NCBI GenBank assembly: GCA_030765185.1 | Contig: JAVCDE010000026.1 | Location: 108,007-172,006, forward strand | DNA: 64,000 nt | Source of the DNA: Candidatus Aceula meridiana | GTDB taxonomy: Bacteria; Omnitrophota; Gorgyraeia; Zapsychrales; Aceulaceae | Direction of reading: 5' to 3' | Shown: positions 17,564 to 27,527 of the stretch, in pieces | How positions within the stretch are numbered: the first letter of the stretch is position 1 | How the letters are laid out: every line of letters begins with the position of its first letter | Position numbers and translations under genes: made by a program | Notes under the pieces: generated by a model | What the model saw: only the letters and a program-made list of their open reading frames with translations | What the model was told of the DNA's origin: nothing | Database searches by the model: none

Positions 17564-20500
17564 ATGCCAAGGCGCACAGACATCAGAAAAGTTCTTATCA
17601 TCGGTTCCGGTCCAATCATTATTGGTCAAGCTTGTGAATTTGATTATTCAGGGACGCAGGCCTGTAAGGCTCTTAAAGAGGAAGGATTTGAAGTTGTTTT
17701 AGTCAATTCAAATCCGGCGACGATTATGACAGACCCGGGCATGGCAGATAAAACATATATTGAACCTTTAACCGTCGAAAGCATTACAGCAATTATCGAA
17801 AAGGAGCGTCCTGATGCTTTGCTTCCAAACCTTGGCGGCCAAACAGGACTCAATCTTTCTTCAGCGCTGCATAAGGCTGGCATTTTAAAGAAACATGGCG
17901 TTCAAATTATTGGTGTCAAAATTGATGCGATTGAACGGGGTGAAGACCGTATTGCTTTTAAAAATACAATGAATAAGCTCGGCGTTGAAATGCCGAAATC
18001 AGAGCCGTGTCATTCTGTTGAAGAAGCCGAGGTCATTGCTGAAAATTTAGGATATCCTGTGGTTCTAAGGCCTGCTTATACAATGGGAGGCACAGGTGGA
18101 GGAATTGCTTATAACGTCGAAGAGCTTCGCACCATTGTTGCCCGAGGACTCGCCGTAAGCATTGTTCATCAGGTTTTGGTTGAAGAATCTGTTTTTGGCT
18201 GGGAAGAGCTAGAGTTGGAAGTTGTTCGTGACGAAAAGAATCAAAAAATTACAGTTTGTTTTATTGAAAATATTGATGCCATGGGCGTTCATACCGGAGA
18301 TAGTTTTTGTACAGCGCCGATGTATACAGTCCCTAAAGAGCTTCAAGAAAGGCTCCAGAAGATCTCTTATGATATTGTCGAGGCCATCGGAGTTGTGGGC
18401 GGAACAAATGTTCAGTTTGCTCATAATTTAAAGGATGACAGACTTGTTGTTATTGAAATTAATCCTCGAACATCACGCTCATCAGCACTGGCTTCTAAAG
18501 CAACCGGATTTCCAATTGCCCTTATTTCAACAAAGCTAGCTGCCGGGCTCACCATGGATGAAATTCCTTACTGGAGAGACGGAACGCTTGAAAAATATAC
18601 GCCGTGGGGAGATTATGTTGTTATTAAGTTTGCCCGTTGGGCTTTTGAGAAATTTCCACAAGCCAAAGATGTTTTAGGAACTCAGATGAAGGCCGTCGGT
18701 GAGGCTATGAGCATCGCAAAAACATTTAAAGAGGCTTTTCAGAAATCAATTCGTTCTTTAGAAATTAAACGCTTTGGTTTAGGTGGCGCTAAGAATTTTA
18801 AAGACCTTCCATTAGAAGATTTAAAACAACGCTTAAGCTCTCCATCAAGTGAACGCGTATTTTTGATGTACGAAGCTTTGCGCAAGGGAATGAGCGTCGA
18901 AGATTTATATCAGCTGACGTTTATCGGAAGAAAATTTATCGAAGAGACGAAAGAGCTCGTTGACTTTGAAGAAGAGATTATTAAATTACCGTTTGATAAA
19001 CTTCCCGATGAGAAGCTAGCAGAGGCTAAAGAGATGGGCTTTGCAGATCGTTATTTAGCAGATCTTTTTAAAATTCCAGAGAAAAAAGTTCGGGAAAAAA
19101 GAATTGCCAAGGGAATTACTGCACGCTACGAAGCAGTTCCGGTTAGCGGAGTCGAAAACGCGGCTTATTATTATTCAACATATAAAGACATTAAGGACCA
19201 GGTGCCGGTTTCCCCTAATAGAAAAATTATGATTTTAGGCGGCGGGCCTAACCGTATTGGGCAGGGGATTGAATTTGATTATACTTGTGTCCATGCAGCA
19301 TTTGCTCTTCGAGACGAAGGACTCGAATCAGTTATGGTTAATTGTAATCCAGAGACTGTGTCGACGGATTATGATACATCGAACAAACTTTATTTTGAAC
19401 CCCTCACCGTTGAAGATGTTTTAAACATTTATCATAAAGAAAAACCTGAGGGCGTGATTGTGCAATTTGGCGGGCAGACACCGCTTAATATCGCTCAAGA
19501 GTTAAAAGACAATGGCGTTCCTATTTTAGGAACAAGTCCTGAAAGTATTCATTTCGCCGAAGACCGAGAACGTTTTCGTCAGAAAATGATTGATCTTAAA
19601 ATTCCTCAGCCTGAAAGCGGAACAGCAAAATCTTTAGACCAAGCGCTCAAGATTGCGCAGCGGATTGGGTATCCTCTGATGGTTCGGCCTTCTTATGTTT
19701 TAGGAGGTAGGGGCATGGAAATTATTTATGATGAGGAATCTTTAAGAAGATATGCTATCGAGGCTATTAAGGTGAGCCCGGAACATCCTATGTTGATTGA
19801 CCGGTTCCTCGAGAAAGCTATTGAAACAGAGGTCGACGCTGTATCTGATGGGGAAGAAGTTTTCGTGGCTTCTGTTATGGAACACATTGAACTCGCTGGT
19901 GTTCACTCTGGTGATTCAGCTTGTTCGATTCCAAGCCGGACAATAAAAAAAGAACACATGCAAACGATTGAAGAATACACTAAAGCCATTGCCAAGGAGC
20001 TTAAGGTTATTGGCTTGATGAATATTCAGTTTGCGATTTGCGATGACAAAGTTTATATCTTAGAAGCAAATCCTCGAGCCTCAAGAACGGTTCCGATTGT
20101 TTCTAAGGTCGCAGGAATTTCTTTAGCACGTATTGCCACACAGATTATGCTGGGCAAAAAGGTAAAGGACTTCCCAGAACTAAAGGCAAAGAAGATTCCT
20201 TATGTTGGCGTCAAAGAGGCTGTATTTCCTTTTAATATGTTCCCAGAAGTTGACCCTATTCTAGGCCCAGAGATGAGAGCCACCGGTGAGGTTATGGGAC
20301 TTGCGGATACTTTTGGATTAGCTTTTTATAAAGCACAAGAATCTGCCGGATACAAGTTGCCGCTTGAAGGCAACGTCTTGTTGACCGTCGCTCAAAAAGA
20401 CAGAGAAAATCTTCTTCCTATTGCAAAGAATATTAAGTCATTAGGATTTAATATTATTGCGACAGAGGGGACAAGTAAATTTTTAAATGAAAATAATATC

Positions 20501-20803
20501 AACAATACTTTAATTAAGAAATTGTACGAGGGGAGGCCAAACATCGCTGATGCAATTAAAAACAGCGAGCTAGATCTTATTATTAATACGCCGATTGGCA
20601 AAGACAGCAAATATGATGACAGTTATATTCGTATGATGGCGATTCAGAGAAAAGTTCCTTATGTTACATCTGTGGCTGCTGCTCAGGTAACTATCGATGG
20701 GATCGACGCGATGGTCAAAAGTAAAGTTATCCCAAAATCATTACAAGAGTATCACGAGATTCTTCATAAGCAACAATCTGTTCTTGATGAAGCTGTTAAG
20801 TGA
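17564..20803 (+). CDS. carB: carbamoyl-phosphate synthase large subunit
   Basis: 1079 aa with duplicated ATP-grasp halves (VLIIGSGPIIIGQACEFDYSGTQA and IMILGGGPNRIGQGIEFDY) and a C-terminal MGS-like domain. Confidence 0.95.
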   Translation: MPRRTDIRKVLIIGSGPIIIGQACEFDYSGTQACKALKEEGFEVVLVNSNPATIMTDPGMADKTYIEPLTVESITAIIEKERPDALLPNLGGQTGLNLSSALHKAGILKKHGVQIIGVKIDAIERGEDRIAFKNTMNKLGVEMPKSEPCHSVEEAEVIAENLGYPVVLRPAYTMGGTGGGIAYNVEELRTIVARGLAVSIVHQVLVEESVFGWEELELEVVRDEKNQKITVCFIENIDAMGVHTGDSFCTAPMYTVPKELQERLQKISYDIVEAIGVVGGTNVQFAHNLKDDRLVVIEINPRTSRSSALASKATGFPIALISTKLAAGLTMDEIPYWRDGTLEKYTPWGDYVVIKFARWAFEKFPQAKDVLGTQMKAVGEAMSIAKTFKEAFQKSIRSLEIKRFGLGGAKNFKDLPLEDLKQRLSSPSSERVFLMYEALRKGMSVEDLYQLTFIGRKFIEETKELVDFEEEIIKLPFDKLPDEKLAEAKEMGFADRYLADLFKIPEKKVREKRIAKGITARYEAVPVSGVENAAYYYSTYKDIKDQVPVSPNRKIMILGGGPNRIGQGIEFDYTCVHAAFALRDEGLESVMVNCNPETVSTDYDTSNKLYFEPLTVEDVLNIYHKEKPEGVIVQFGGQTPLNIAQELKDNGVPILGTSPESIHFAEDRERFRQKMIDLKIPQPESGTAKSLDQALKIAQRIGYPLMVRPSYVLGGRGMEIIYDEESLRRYAIEAIKVSPEHPMLIDRFLEKAIETEVDAVSDGEEVFVASVMEHIELAGVHSGDSACSIPSRTIKKEHMQTIEEYTKAIAKELKVIGLMNIQFAICDDKVYILEANPRASRTVPIVSKVAGISLARIATQIMLGKKVKDFPELKAKKIPYVGVKEAVFPFNMFPEVDPILGPEMRATGEVMGLADTFGLAFYKAQESAGYKLPLEGNVLLTVAQKDRENLLPIAKNIKSLGFNIIATEGTSKFLNENNINNTLIKKLYEGRPNIADAIKNSELDLIINTPIGKDSKYDDSYIRMMAIQRKVPYVTSVAAAQVTIDGIDAMVKSKVIPKSLQEYHEILHKQQSVLDEAVK

Positions 20804-20928
20804 AGCTCTTCGGCCTAAAGGCCGAGGCTTCCTCCCGATAAGAAAATAAGATTTATTTATTTTTTAGGCCAAAGCCCGGGATTTTTGCAAGGGATTAAAG
20901 TTATTATAAGCAGAAAGAGGAGAGTAAC

Positions 20929-22410
20929 ATGAGTGGAATTTGTGGAGCAGTTTCTAGGCAAAATTGCGCGAAAACATTATTTTATGGCATTGATTATCAT
21001 TCGCATTTAGGAACAGAATACGGTGGTATGGCTATCTGGGGGAAAGAGCTTTTTCGTCGGATTCATCATATTAGCCAAACTCAATTTAAATCTAAGTTCT
21101 TTGATGACTATCGGGATATGAATGGCAATTTAGGCATTGGCGTGATCAGCGACTTGGATGAACAGCCGATCTATTTAAATTCAAAGTTTGGGCCATTTTG
21201 CATCGTGACCGCTGGCCTTGTTGAAAACAAAGAAGATCTTGAAAAATTTCTTTTTGAAAAAGGAATTTCGTTTTCTGAAGTTAGCCCGGCTGGTCTTAAT
21301 ACCACCGAACTTATTGCTAAGTTGATTAGCCTTGGGGACAATTTGATCGATGGCATTGAGAAAATGTTTGATAAAATTGAAGGATCCTGTTCGCTCTTGC
21401 TTTTAACCAAGGATGGAGTTTATGCAGCGCGTGACAGACTCGGATATACTCCACTTGTGATTGGAAAAAAGGAAGGGGAATGGATTGTTGCCTCAGAAAG
21501 CAATGCATTGCCAAATCTCGGCTTTAAGATTGAAAAGTTTTTAGAGCCTGGCGAAATTGCACTTTTAAATAAAGACGGCCTAACCGTTGCTAAACCGGGA
21601 TTAGATAAAAGTCAGATATGTTCATTTTTATGGATATACACTGGATTTCCGGCCTCGATATACGATGGCATTAACGTCGAGACTGTCCGCGAGCGTTGCG
21701 GAAGAGCCATGGCGAAAAAAGATAAGGATATCAACGCAGATGTTGTCTCTGGAGTTCCTGACTCAGGGATAGCTCATGCGATTGGCTATGCCATGGAATC
21801 TGGCGTGCCTTATCGTCGCCCTCTTGTAAAATATACCCCTGGCTATGGCCGAAGCTATACGCCTCCGAGTCAAGAAACAAGAGACCTTGTCGCGACCATG
21901 AAACTTATTCCTGTTAAAGATATTATTAATGGAAACAGCATTGTTGTTTGCGAAGATTCTATTGTCCGCGGAACGCAGCTTAAGAATTTTACGGTTAATA
22001 AACTTTGGGACGCTGGGGCAAAAGAAATTCATGTCAGACCTGCCTGCCCTCCTCTAATGTTTCCTTGCAAATTTTGCCTTTCAACAAAAAGCATCAATGA
22101 GTTGGCAGCTCGTAAAGCTATCAAAGGCTTAGAGGGTAAAGACATCGAAAATATTTCTGAATATCTAGATACAAGCACTGAAAAGTATAAAAAAATGGTT
22201 GAGTGGATTCGAAAAGATTTGGAAGTAACCACTCTTCGTTATCAGGATCTTGAGGATATGGTTGAGGCTATTGGTTTGCCGCGTGAAAAATTGTGTCTTT
22301 ATTGTTGGAATGGTGAGTGCCCTCCAAAAGATCAGGACAAAACTAAAAAAATAAAAAGAGCAACAGGCTTGCTTAGCAAAATAGTAAGTTTATTTAAAAA
22401 AGAGGCTTAA
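20929..22410 (+). CDS. purF: amidophosphoribosyltransferase with short propeptide and C-terminal Cys cluster
   Basis: MSGIC|G exposes an N-terminal Cys (Ntn amidotransferase). The PRTase region SGVPDSGIAHAIGYAMESGVPYR ... CEDSIVRGTQ is present, and LCLYCWNGEC is a 4Fe-4S-type tail. Confidence 0.8.
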   Translation: MSGICGAVSRQNCAKTLFYGIDYHSHLGTEYGGMAIWGKELFRRIHHISQTQFKSKFFDDYRDMNGNLGIGVISDLDEQPIYLNSKFGPFCIVTAGLVENKEDLEKFLFEKGISFSEVSPAGLNTTELIAKLISLGDNLIDGIEKMFDKIEGSCSLLLLTKDGVYAARDRLGYTPLVIGKKEGEWIVASESNALPNLGFKIEKFLEPGEIALLNKDGLTVAKPGLDKSQICSFLWIYTGFPASIYDGINVETVRERCGRAMAKKDKDINADVVSGVPDSGIAHAIGYAMESGVPYRRPLVKYTPGYGRSYTPPSQETRDLVATMKLIPVKDIINGNSIVVCEDSIVRGTQLKNFTVNKLWDAGAKEIHVRPACPPLMFPCKFCLSTKSINELAARKAIKGLEGKDIENISEYLDTSTEKYKKMVEWIRKDLEVTTLRYQDLEDMVEAIGLPREKLCLYCWNGECPPKDQDKTKKIKRATGLLSKIVSLFKKEA

Positions 22411-22610
22411 ACAGATAAGCCTGCAAGTTGTGTTTCTATGGGTGAGAAGTGCGGCGGTTTTTGATATTAATCTTTTTCTCCTATCAGCATAGCTATTTAG
22501 CAAATTCTGAGATCCTTTTCTATTTTGCTTGATTATATTTATGTTTATTTATATAATGTATTCAAGTTATCATAACTCCTTTTACAGCAGAGACTTTACA
22601 TCGTAATTAA

Positions 22611-23018
22611 ATGAAATTTTCCAAAGAGCTTCCTACGAAATTAGAAATTATTCCGCAAGTGATAGATGAGCTTCTTGGTCAGATTGACGAGTCTTTTTTT
22701 GGAAAAAATGATGCTTTTCATATTAAGCTATGTCTAGAGGAAGCTTTAGTTAACGCCATGAAGCATGGCAACAAGCTTAACCCCGACTTTACCGTTAATT
22801 TAGCTGCTGAAGCAGATTCTGAGGCCCTTTTAATAACAATCGTTAATCAGGGAGATGGATTTGAGCACGAGAGCATCGACGATCCTACCAAAGAGCATAA
22901 CCTTAGAAAGCCTTCCGGCCGAGGAGTCTTTATTATTAAAACTGAGATGGACGAAGTTGAGTTTTTTGACCAAGGCCGAGGACTTAAAATGACAAAATTT
23001 TTTAACAAGGAGAAATAA
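22611..23018 (+). CDS. anti-sigma-factor-like serine kinase (RsbW/SpoIIAB family, HATPase_c)
   Basis: 135 aa. EEALVNAMKHGN (N-box) and GRGVFIIKTEMDEVEF (G-box). Confidence 0.7.
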   Translation: MKFSKELPTKLEIIPQVIDELLGQIDESFFGKNDAFHIKLCLEEALVNAMKHGNKLNPDFTVNLAAEADSEALLITIVNQGDGFEHESIDDPTKEHNLRKPSGRGVFIIKTEMDEVEFFDQGRGLKMTKFFNKEK

Positions 23019-23023
23019 GCGAA

Positions 23024-23356
23024 GTGAATATCAAACAAGAGCAAATTAATGATGTCGTTGTTTGTGTTATGGATGGGGAAATCAATATCAGCAATTCACC
23101 TGAGTTGCGTAAATTCTTTGATGATGTGCTAAAGACGAATACAAAAAAGGTTATTTTTGATTTCTCCTTTGTTCCTTATATTGACAGCTCTGGCTTAGCA
23201 ACTTTAATCGAGATGTTCCAGCGTCTAAAGAAGGTGGGGGGTGCTTTGCGTCTCTGCAGTATGAGCGAAAAGATCAAGAATATTTTTGAGCTTACTAAGC
23301 TTACTAAGCTTTTTGATATATCAGAAACTCGCGAAAATGCTTTAAAGGATTTCTAA
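23024..23356 (+). CDS. STAS-domain protein (anti-sigma-factor antagonist / MlaB-like)
   Basis: 110 aa. DFSFVPYIDSSGLATL carries the conserved phosphorylatable Ser in the DSSG context. Confidence 0.75.
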   Translation: MNIKQEQINDVVVCVMDGEINISNSPELRKFFDDVLKTNTKKVIFDFSFVPYIDSSGLATLIEMFQRLKKVGGALRLCSMSEKIKNIFELTKLTKLFDISETRENALKDF

Positions 23357-24139
23357 ATGATTACGTATATTGGAAAATTTATTATTGAATATGCCGGATG
23401 GGCCAAGGGTCTCTTAAAATTATTTGGTGAAATTCTTTATTGGATTTTTATTGGACCTTTTAAAGGAAAAACAGCGCAAAGGCTCAATGTTTTTCAGCAG
23501 ATGATGTTTGTTGGTTTGGCCTCGGTTGTTATTGTGGTTTTTGTAGATTTCTTTACGGGCGTTGTCTTGGCTATGCAAAGTGCGTATGTTTTAGAGAAGA
23601 TGGGTGCAGAGCTTTATGTGGCCTCTTTGGTTTCTGTCTCGCTTTGTAGGGAGCTTGGTCCTGTTTTAACAGGACTTGTCATTGCCGGCCGTGTTGGATC
23701 AGCGATTGCCGCTGAGCTTGGGACTATGAAGGTAACCGAGCAAATTGAAGCGCTTGAAACTATGGCGATTAATCCGGTACGTTTTTTGGCGACACCGCGG
23801 TTTTTAGCACTTTTGGTAATGTTGCCTGCACTGACCATTTTAGGAGATTTGGCTGGTATTTTCGGAGGCTTCTTAATAGGAACAAAAAGTCTTGGCATTA
23901 ATCCTGATCTTTATATTCAAATTTCTTTTAAATATTTGGAACTTAAAGATATCTTTACTGGTCTTTTAAAGGCTGGTGTATTTGGAATTATTATTGCCTT
24001 AGTAGCGTGTTATGAAGGTCTAAATACTCGAGGTGGTGCTGAGGGTGTTGGACGCGCGACAACACGAAGTGTCGTTTTAAGCTTTATTTTAATTATTGCA
24101 GCTGATTGTGTTGTTACAGCGTTCTTTTTCTTTTTTTAG
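23357..24139 (+). CDS. mlaE: MlaE-family ABC permease
   Basis: 260-aa polytopic protein with LGPVLTGLVIAGRVGSAIAAELGTMKVTEQIEALE, the MlaE signature region. Confidence 0.8.
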   Translation: MITYIGKFIIEYAGWAKGLLKLFGEILYWIFIGPFKGKTAQRLNVFQQMMFVGLASVVIVVFVDFFTGVVLAMQSAYVLEKMGAELYVASLVSVSLCRELGPVLTGLVIAGRVGSAIAAELGTMKVTEQIEALETMAINPVRFLATPRFLALLVMLPALTILGDLAGIFGGFLIGTKSLGINPDLYIQISFKYLELKDIFTGLLKAGVFGIIIALVACYEGLNTRGGAEGVGRATTRSVVLSFILIIAADCVVTAFFFFF

Positions 24140-24203
24140 TGAGCTAAAGACGAGCTTACCCTGCGCCTAAATGACGCAGGATTAAATTTTTGCAAGGAGT
24201 TTT

Positions 24204-24992
24204 ATGAGCGTTAAAGAATGTAACGGTGAAGTGATAATATCACTAAGAAATGTTACAAAAAGTTTTCAAGGACGCAGGGTTATTAATGATGCATCTTTAG
24301 ATGTTAAATGCGGAGAAACTTTTATCATTATGGGTTGCTCGGGTTCTGGGAAAAGTACGCTTTTACGTCATATGACAGGTGCTATCCGCCCGGAAAAGGG
24401 GAGCATTTTTATTAAGGGCAAGGACATCGCCAACATTCCACTTAAAGATTTAGATGAAGTTAAAAAAACTTTTGGTATGTCTTTTCAATATTCTGCACTT
24501 TTAGATTCTCTGACCGTTGAAGAAAATGTTGCTCTTCCTCTTCGTGAGCACACTAAGCTTGCCGATGAAATTATTGATATCATTATTAAGATGAAGCTAT
24601 CTTTGGTGGGTTTACGTGGCTTCGAAGAGTATTATCCATCACAGATTTCCGGCGGGATGCGAAAACGTGTTGGCCTAGCCCGCGCGATTGCATTAGACCC
24701 GGATATTGTTTTTTATGACGAGCCCACATCAGGGCTAGATCCGGTTGTCGGTGGTATTACGGATAAACTTATTAAAGATTTAAGTTCAAAATTGATGATC
24801 ACTTCGGTTGTTGTCTCGCATGATATGCATAGTGTTTTTAAGATTGCTGACAGGATTGCCATGATTCACAAAGGGGCTATTGTTGAAATTGGTACGCCGG
24901 ATGAGATTAAGAATTCACAAAATCTTTTAGTTCAACAGTTTATTAATGGGAACCCCGAAGGACCAATAGATCTTTTTAAAGAACCGGAATAA
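24204..24992 (+). CDS. mlaF: MlaF-family ABC ATPase
   Basis: Walker A GCSGSGKST, signature ISGGMRKRV, Walker B IVFYDEPTSGLD. Confidence 0.85.
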   Translation: MSVKECNGEVIISLRNVTKSFQGRRVINDASLDVKCGETFIIMGCSGSGKSTLLRHMTGAIRPEKGSIFIKGKDIANIPLKDLDEVKKTFGMSFQYSALLDSLTVEENVALPLREHTKLADEIIDIIIKMKLSLVGLRGFEEYYPSQISGGMRKRVGLARAIALDPDIVFYDEPTSGLDPVVGGITDKLIKDLSSKLMITSVVVSHDMHSVFKIADRIAMIHKGAIVEIGTPDEIKNSQNLLVQQFINGNPEGPIDLFKEPE

Positions 24993-25032
24993 AAATTTTA
25001 CAAGAAGATAAAAAATAAGAGAGGATGTTTCT

Positions 25033-25695
25033 ATGAAGAGAAAGAATATAGCCAATGAATTTAAGGTGGGCTTGTTTGTCGTAATATGCCTTTTAGCGTT
25101 ATTTTATATGGCCTATCGTACAGGCAAGCTGGACTTGCGTGCAAAAGGCTATTACGTTTATGTCATTTTTGATGAGGCGGCTGGCCTTGGAAACAAGGCA
25201 CCGGTTATGCTTAATGGACTTGAAATTGGGAAGGTTGTCGAGATCAAGCCGACATATGAAGGGGGCCTAACTAAAATAAAACTTAAAGTTTGGCTTGAAG
25301 ATGAGGCTAGAATTCGCGAAGGCTCTACCCTTTCTATTAAAATGATGGGTATGATGGGAGAAAAATATATCCAGATTTCTTCTTCAGATAATAAAAATTT
25401 TGTTGTTCCCGAGACTGTGGTCAAGGGAGATACTTATGTTGATTTAGACGTCCTTTTGCGTAATATCAATTCTTTAGTTGAAGAAAATAAGAATAGTGTT
25501 TTTGAAGCCCTTAATAGCTTAAATATGCTTTTGGGTAATTTGAATGAAACAGTCGGCGAGAACAGGGAAAGTTTAACGCGCATTATTCAGAATTTCGAGA
25601 CGACATCACAAAATTTCGAAGAATATAGCGATGACCTAAAACGAAATCCTTGGAAACTTTTATTTAAAACAAAAGAAAACCCCTGTGTAAAATAA
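25033..25695 (+). CDS. mlaD: MCE-domain protein (MlaD-like)
   Basis: N-terminal TM followed by an MCE-like beta-rich domain. Operon context with mlaEF. Confidence 0.65.
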   Translation: MKRKNIANEFKVGLFVVICLLALFYMAYRTGKLDLRAKGYYVYVIFDEAAGLGNKAPVMLNGLEIGKVVEIKPTYEGGLTKIKLKVWLEDEARIREGSTLSIKMMGMMGEKYIQISSSDNKNFVVPETVVKGDTYVDLDVLLRNINSLVEENKNSVFEALNSLNMLLGNLNETVGENRESLTRIIQNFETTSQNFEEYSDDLKRNPWKLLFKTKENPCVK

Positions 25696-25708
25696 AAAGG
25701 AGAGCCAG

Positions 25709-26467
25709 ATGAAAAAAATTATTTTCTTCTTAAGTTTGTGTTGTTTTGTTTTGTGCGCATCTTTGAGCTTCGCGCAAACAGCAAAGATTATTGATATTTC
25801 GGGAAGAGTTTTTGTTAAAGAGAGCTTAGATGGCGAATGGACAGAAGCTAGTATCGGTGTTTTTTTAAGCAAAGATGCAGCTCTTAAAACCAAGAGAAGC
25901 TCGAGCTGTACATTGGCTTTTGACAAGGAAATGAAAAACATTTTTACGATTGGGGAAAATTCTCAAATCGTTATCGAAGATGTTAATGGTGGTGTTTTTC
26001 TAAAACGCGGACGTGTTTTTTCTTTAGTTGATAACGCTTCTGCTGGACAAAAGTTCGAAGTTCGCACTCCCGTTGCCATTGCCGGTGCCAGAGGAACAGG
26101 ATGGGTTACTTATCATAAGGGCATGAAGACTAAGGTTCTTGTTTTTGAAAGGACAGTTTCTGTTGAAGGTGAAGATGGTAAAAAGAAAGATATCAAGATG
26201 GGTTTCGGAATTATTATTAATCCAGACGGGTCTTTAGGAGAAGAATTTCCTCTAGATGAAAAAGACTGGGCTGATTGGAAAGAATTTAAAAGCGGAGAAC
26301 AAGATCCCCGCAGCGGTTTTGGGCCTTGGGATGGCAGCAGCGGTGGATTTGAAGGCGACAGCAAAGAAGACTTCCGTGATTTTATTCGTCAGAAGGAAAG
26401 GGAAAGTCAAGAGAGTAGCACTCCAGACAGCCCTCCAGACCCAAATATTTACGAAAGCTTAGAGTAA
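25709..26467 (+). CDS. exported FecR-domain-like protein
   Basis: Signal peptide. The beta-rich region resembles the FecR domain. Assigned from recall. Confidence 0.4.
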   Translation: MKKIIFFLSLCCFVLCASLSFAQTAKIIDISGRVFVKESLDGEWTEASIGVFLSKDAALKTKRSSSCTLAFDKEMKNIFTIGENSQIVIEDVNGGVFLKRGRVFSLVDNASAGQKFEVRTPVAIAGARGTGWVTYHKGMKTKVLVFERTVSVEGEDGKKKDIKMGFGIIINPDGSLGEEFPLDEKDWADWKEFKSGEQDPRSGFGPWDGSSGGFEGDSKEDFRDFIRQKERESQESSTPDSPPDPNIYESLE

Positions 26468-26506
26468 TAGAAATTTATTAATAAAATTTTAAAAAAGGAT
26501 AAAACG

Positions 26507-27523
26507 ATGAAAAAGAATCTTTTAGCGATCGTCACCATTTCCTTTCTTATTGTAGGGTTGATGATTACAGGTGTTTTAGCTCAGATAAGCGATGATAAAC
26601 AAGATGAGGTTTCCCAGATTGAAGGGTTAATGGAAGAAGACTTTTGGGCAGATCCTTCTTACGACATTAAGCACTCTGCAGCTTTTTCTGTCGGATATGA
26701 TGATAATGTTAATTTGACGAAGAAAAAGAAATCCGATGTTTTTGAGAATTTCATTTATTCGCTGGATTATACTTTTGCAATAAACGATAAGCTAGATTTT
26801 ACACTTGATTATGATTTGGATTATATGAATTATGGGCAGTTTACGGATAATAATAATTTGATGAATCATATAAATATTGGCCTTGTAAAAGAAATTTCTC
26901 GCGTTGACTTAGGAGCTTCTTACGATTTTAGTTATTATCATTATCCCCATAACAAAGATGGGGATTTTTATTTTCACAAGGGGAAATTTTATATTCGGGA
27001 TTATTTTGCCGAGGGCCTCTATCATCAGCTTTCGATTATCCCGGGCTTAAAACGTCACGTTAACCGAAAGGCCTTAGCCAACAGTATTACAACTTTTCAA
27101 GATACCGAGAGAAGCGATGATCGTCAAACTTACGAGTACACGATTGGGGCGGTTGTTAATCCAAAGATTTTCTTAAAATTTACCGGAAGCCTTATCGTAA
27201 ACGAATCGAATGCTGAGTATGAAAATTTTTATGATTATAAGGCCTATCAATTGGCGCCAAGCATTTACTATAAGCTTTCCAAAAGACTTCAGCTTTTCTT
27301 TAATTATATGTATCGTTACAAGATGTTTAGAAATCGTACTGTAACCTATGATAATTACAAGCAAAGAGATAGGCTTTATGCGGCGAGTTTTGGGCTTAAT
27401 TTTCATTTAACGAAAAATAGCTCTTTATCCGCTTCTTATGCTTTTCGCAATAATTCCTCCAATGATGATGAAGAGTCTTACAATGGAAATGTTATCAACG
27501 TTGGATACCGGGTTCGGTTTTAG
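26507..27523 (+). CDS. outer-membrane beta-barrel protein (unknown family)
   Basis: Signal peptide, alternating aromatic/polar strands, and a C-terminal ...VGYRVRF aromatic terminus typical of OMPs. Confidence 0.4.
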   Translation: MKKNLLAIVTISFLIVGLMITGVLAQISDDKQDEVSQIEGLMEEDFWADPSYDIKHSAAFSVGYDDNVNLTKKKKSDVFENFIYSLDYTFAINDKLDFTLDYDLDYMNYGQFTDNNNLMNHINIGLVKEISRVDLGASYDFSYYHYPHNKDGDFYFHKGKFYIRDYFAEGLYHQLSIIPGLKRHVNRKALANSITTFQDTERSDDRQTYEYTIGAVVNPKIFLKFTGSLIVNESNAEYENFYDYKAYQLAPSIYYKLSKRLQLFFNYMYRYKMFRNRTVTYDNYKQRDRLYAASFGLNFHLTKNSSLSASYAFRNNSSNDDEESYNGNVINVGYRVRF

Positions 27524-27527
27524 TTAA

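Noticed and set aside
17644-22232. Multiple 60-140-aa minus-strand ORFs inside carB and purF
   Set aside because: They lie antisense within well-supported long genes and are typical spurious ORFs.
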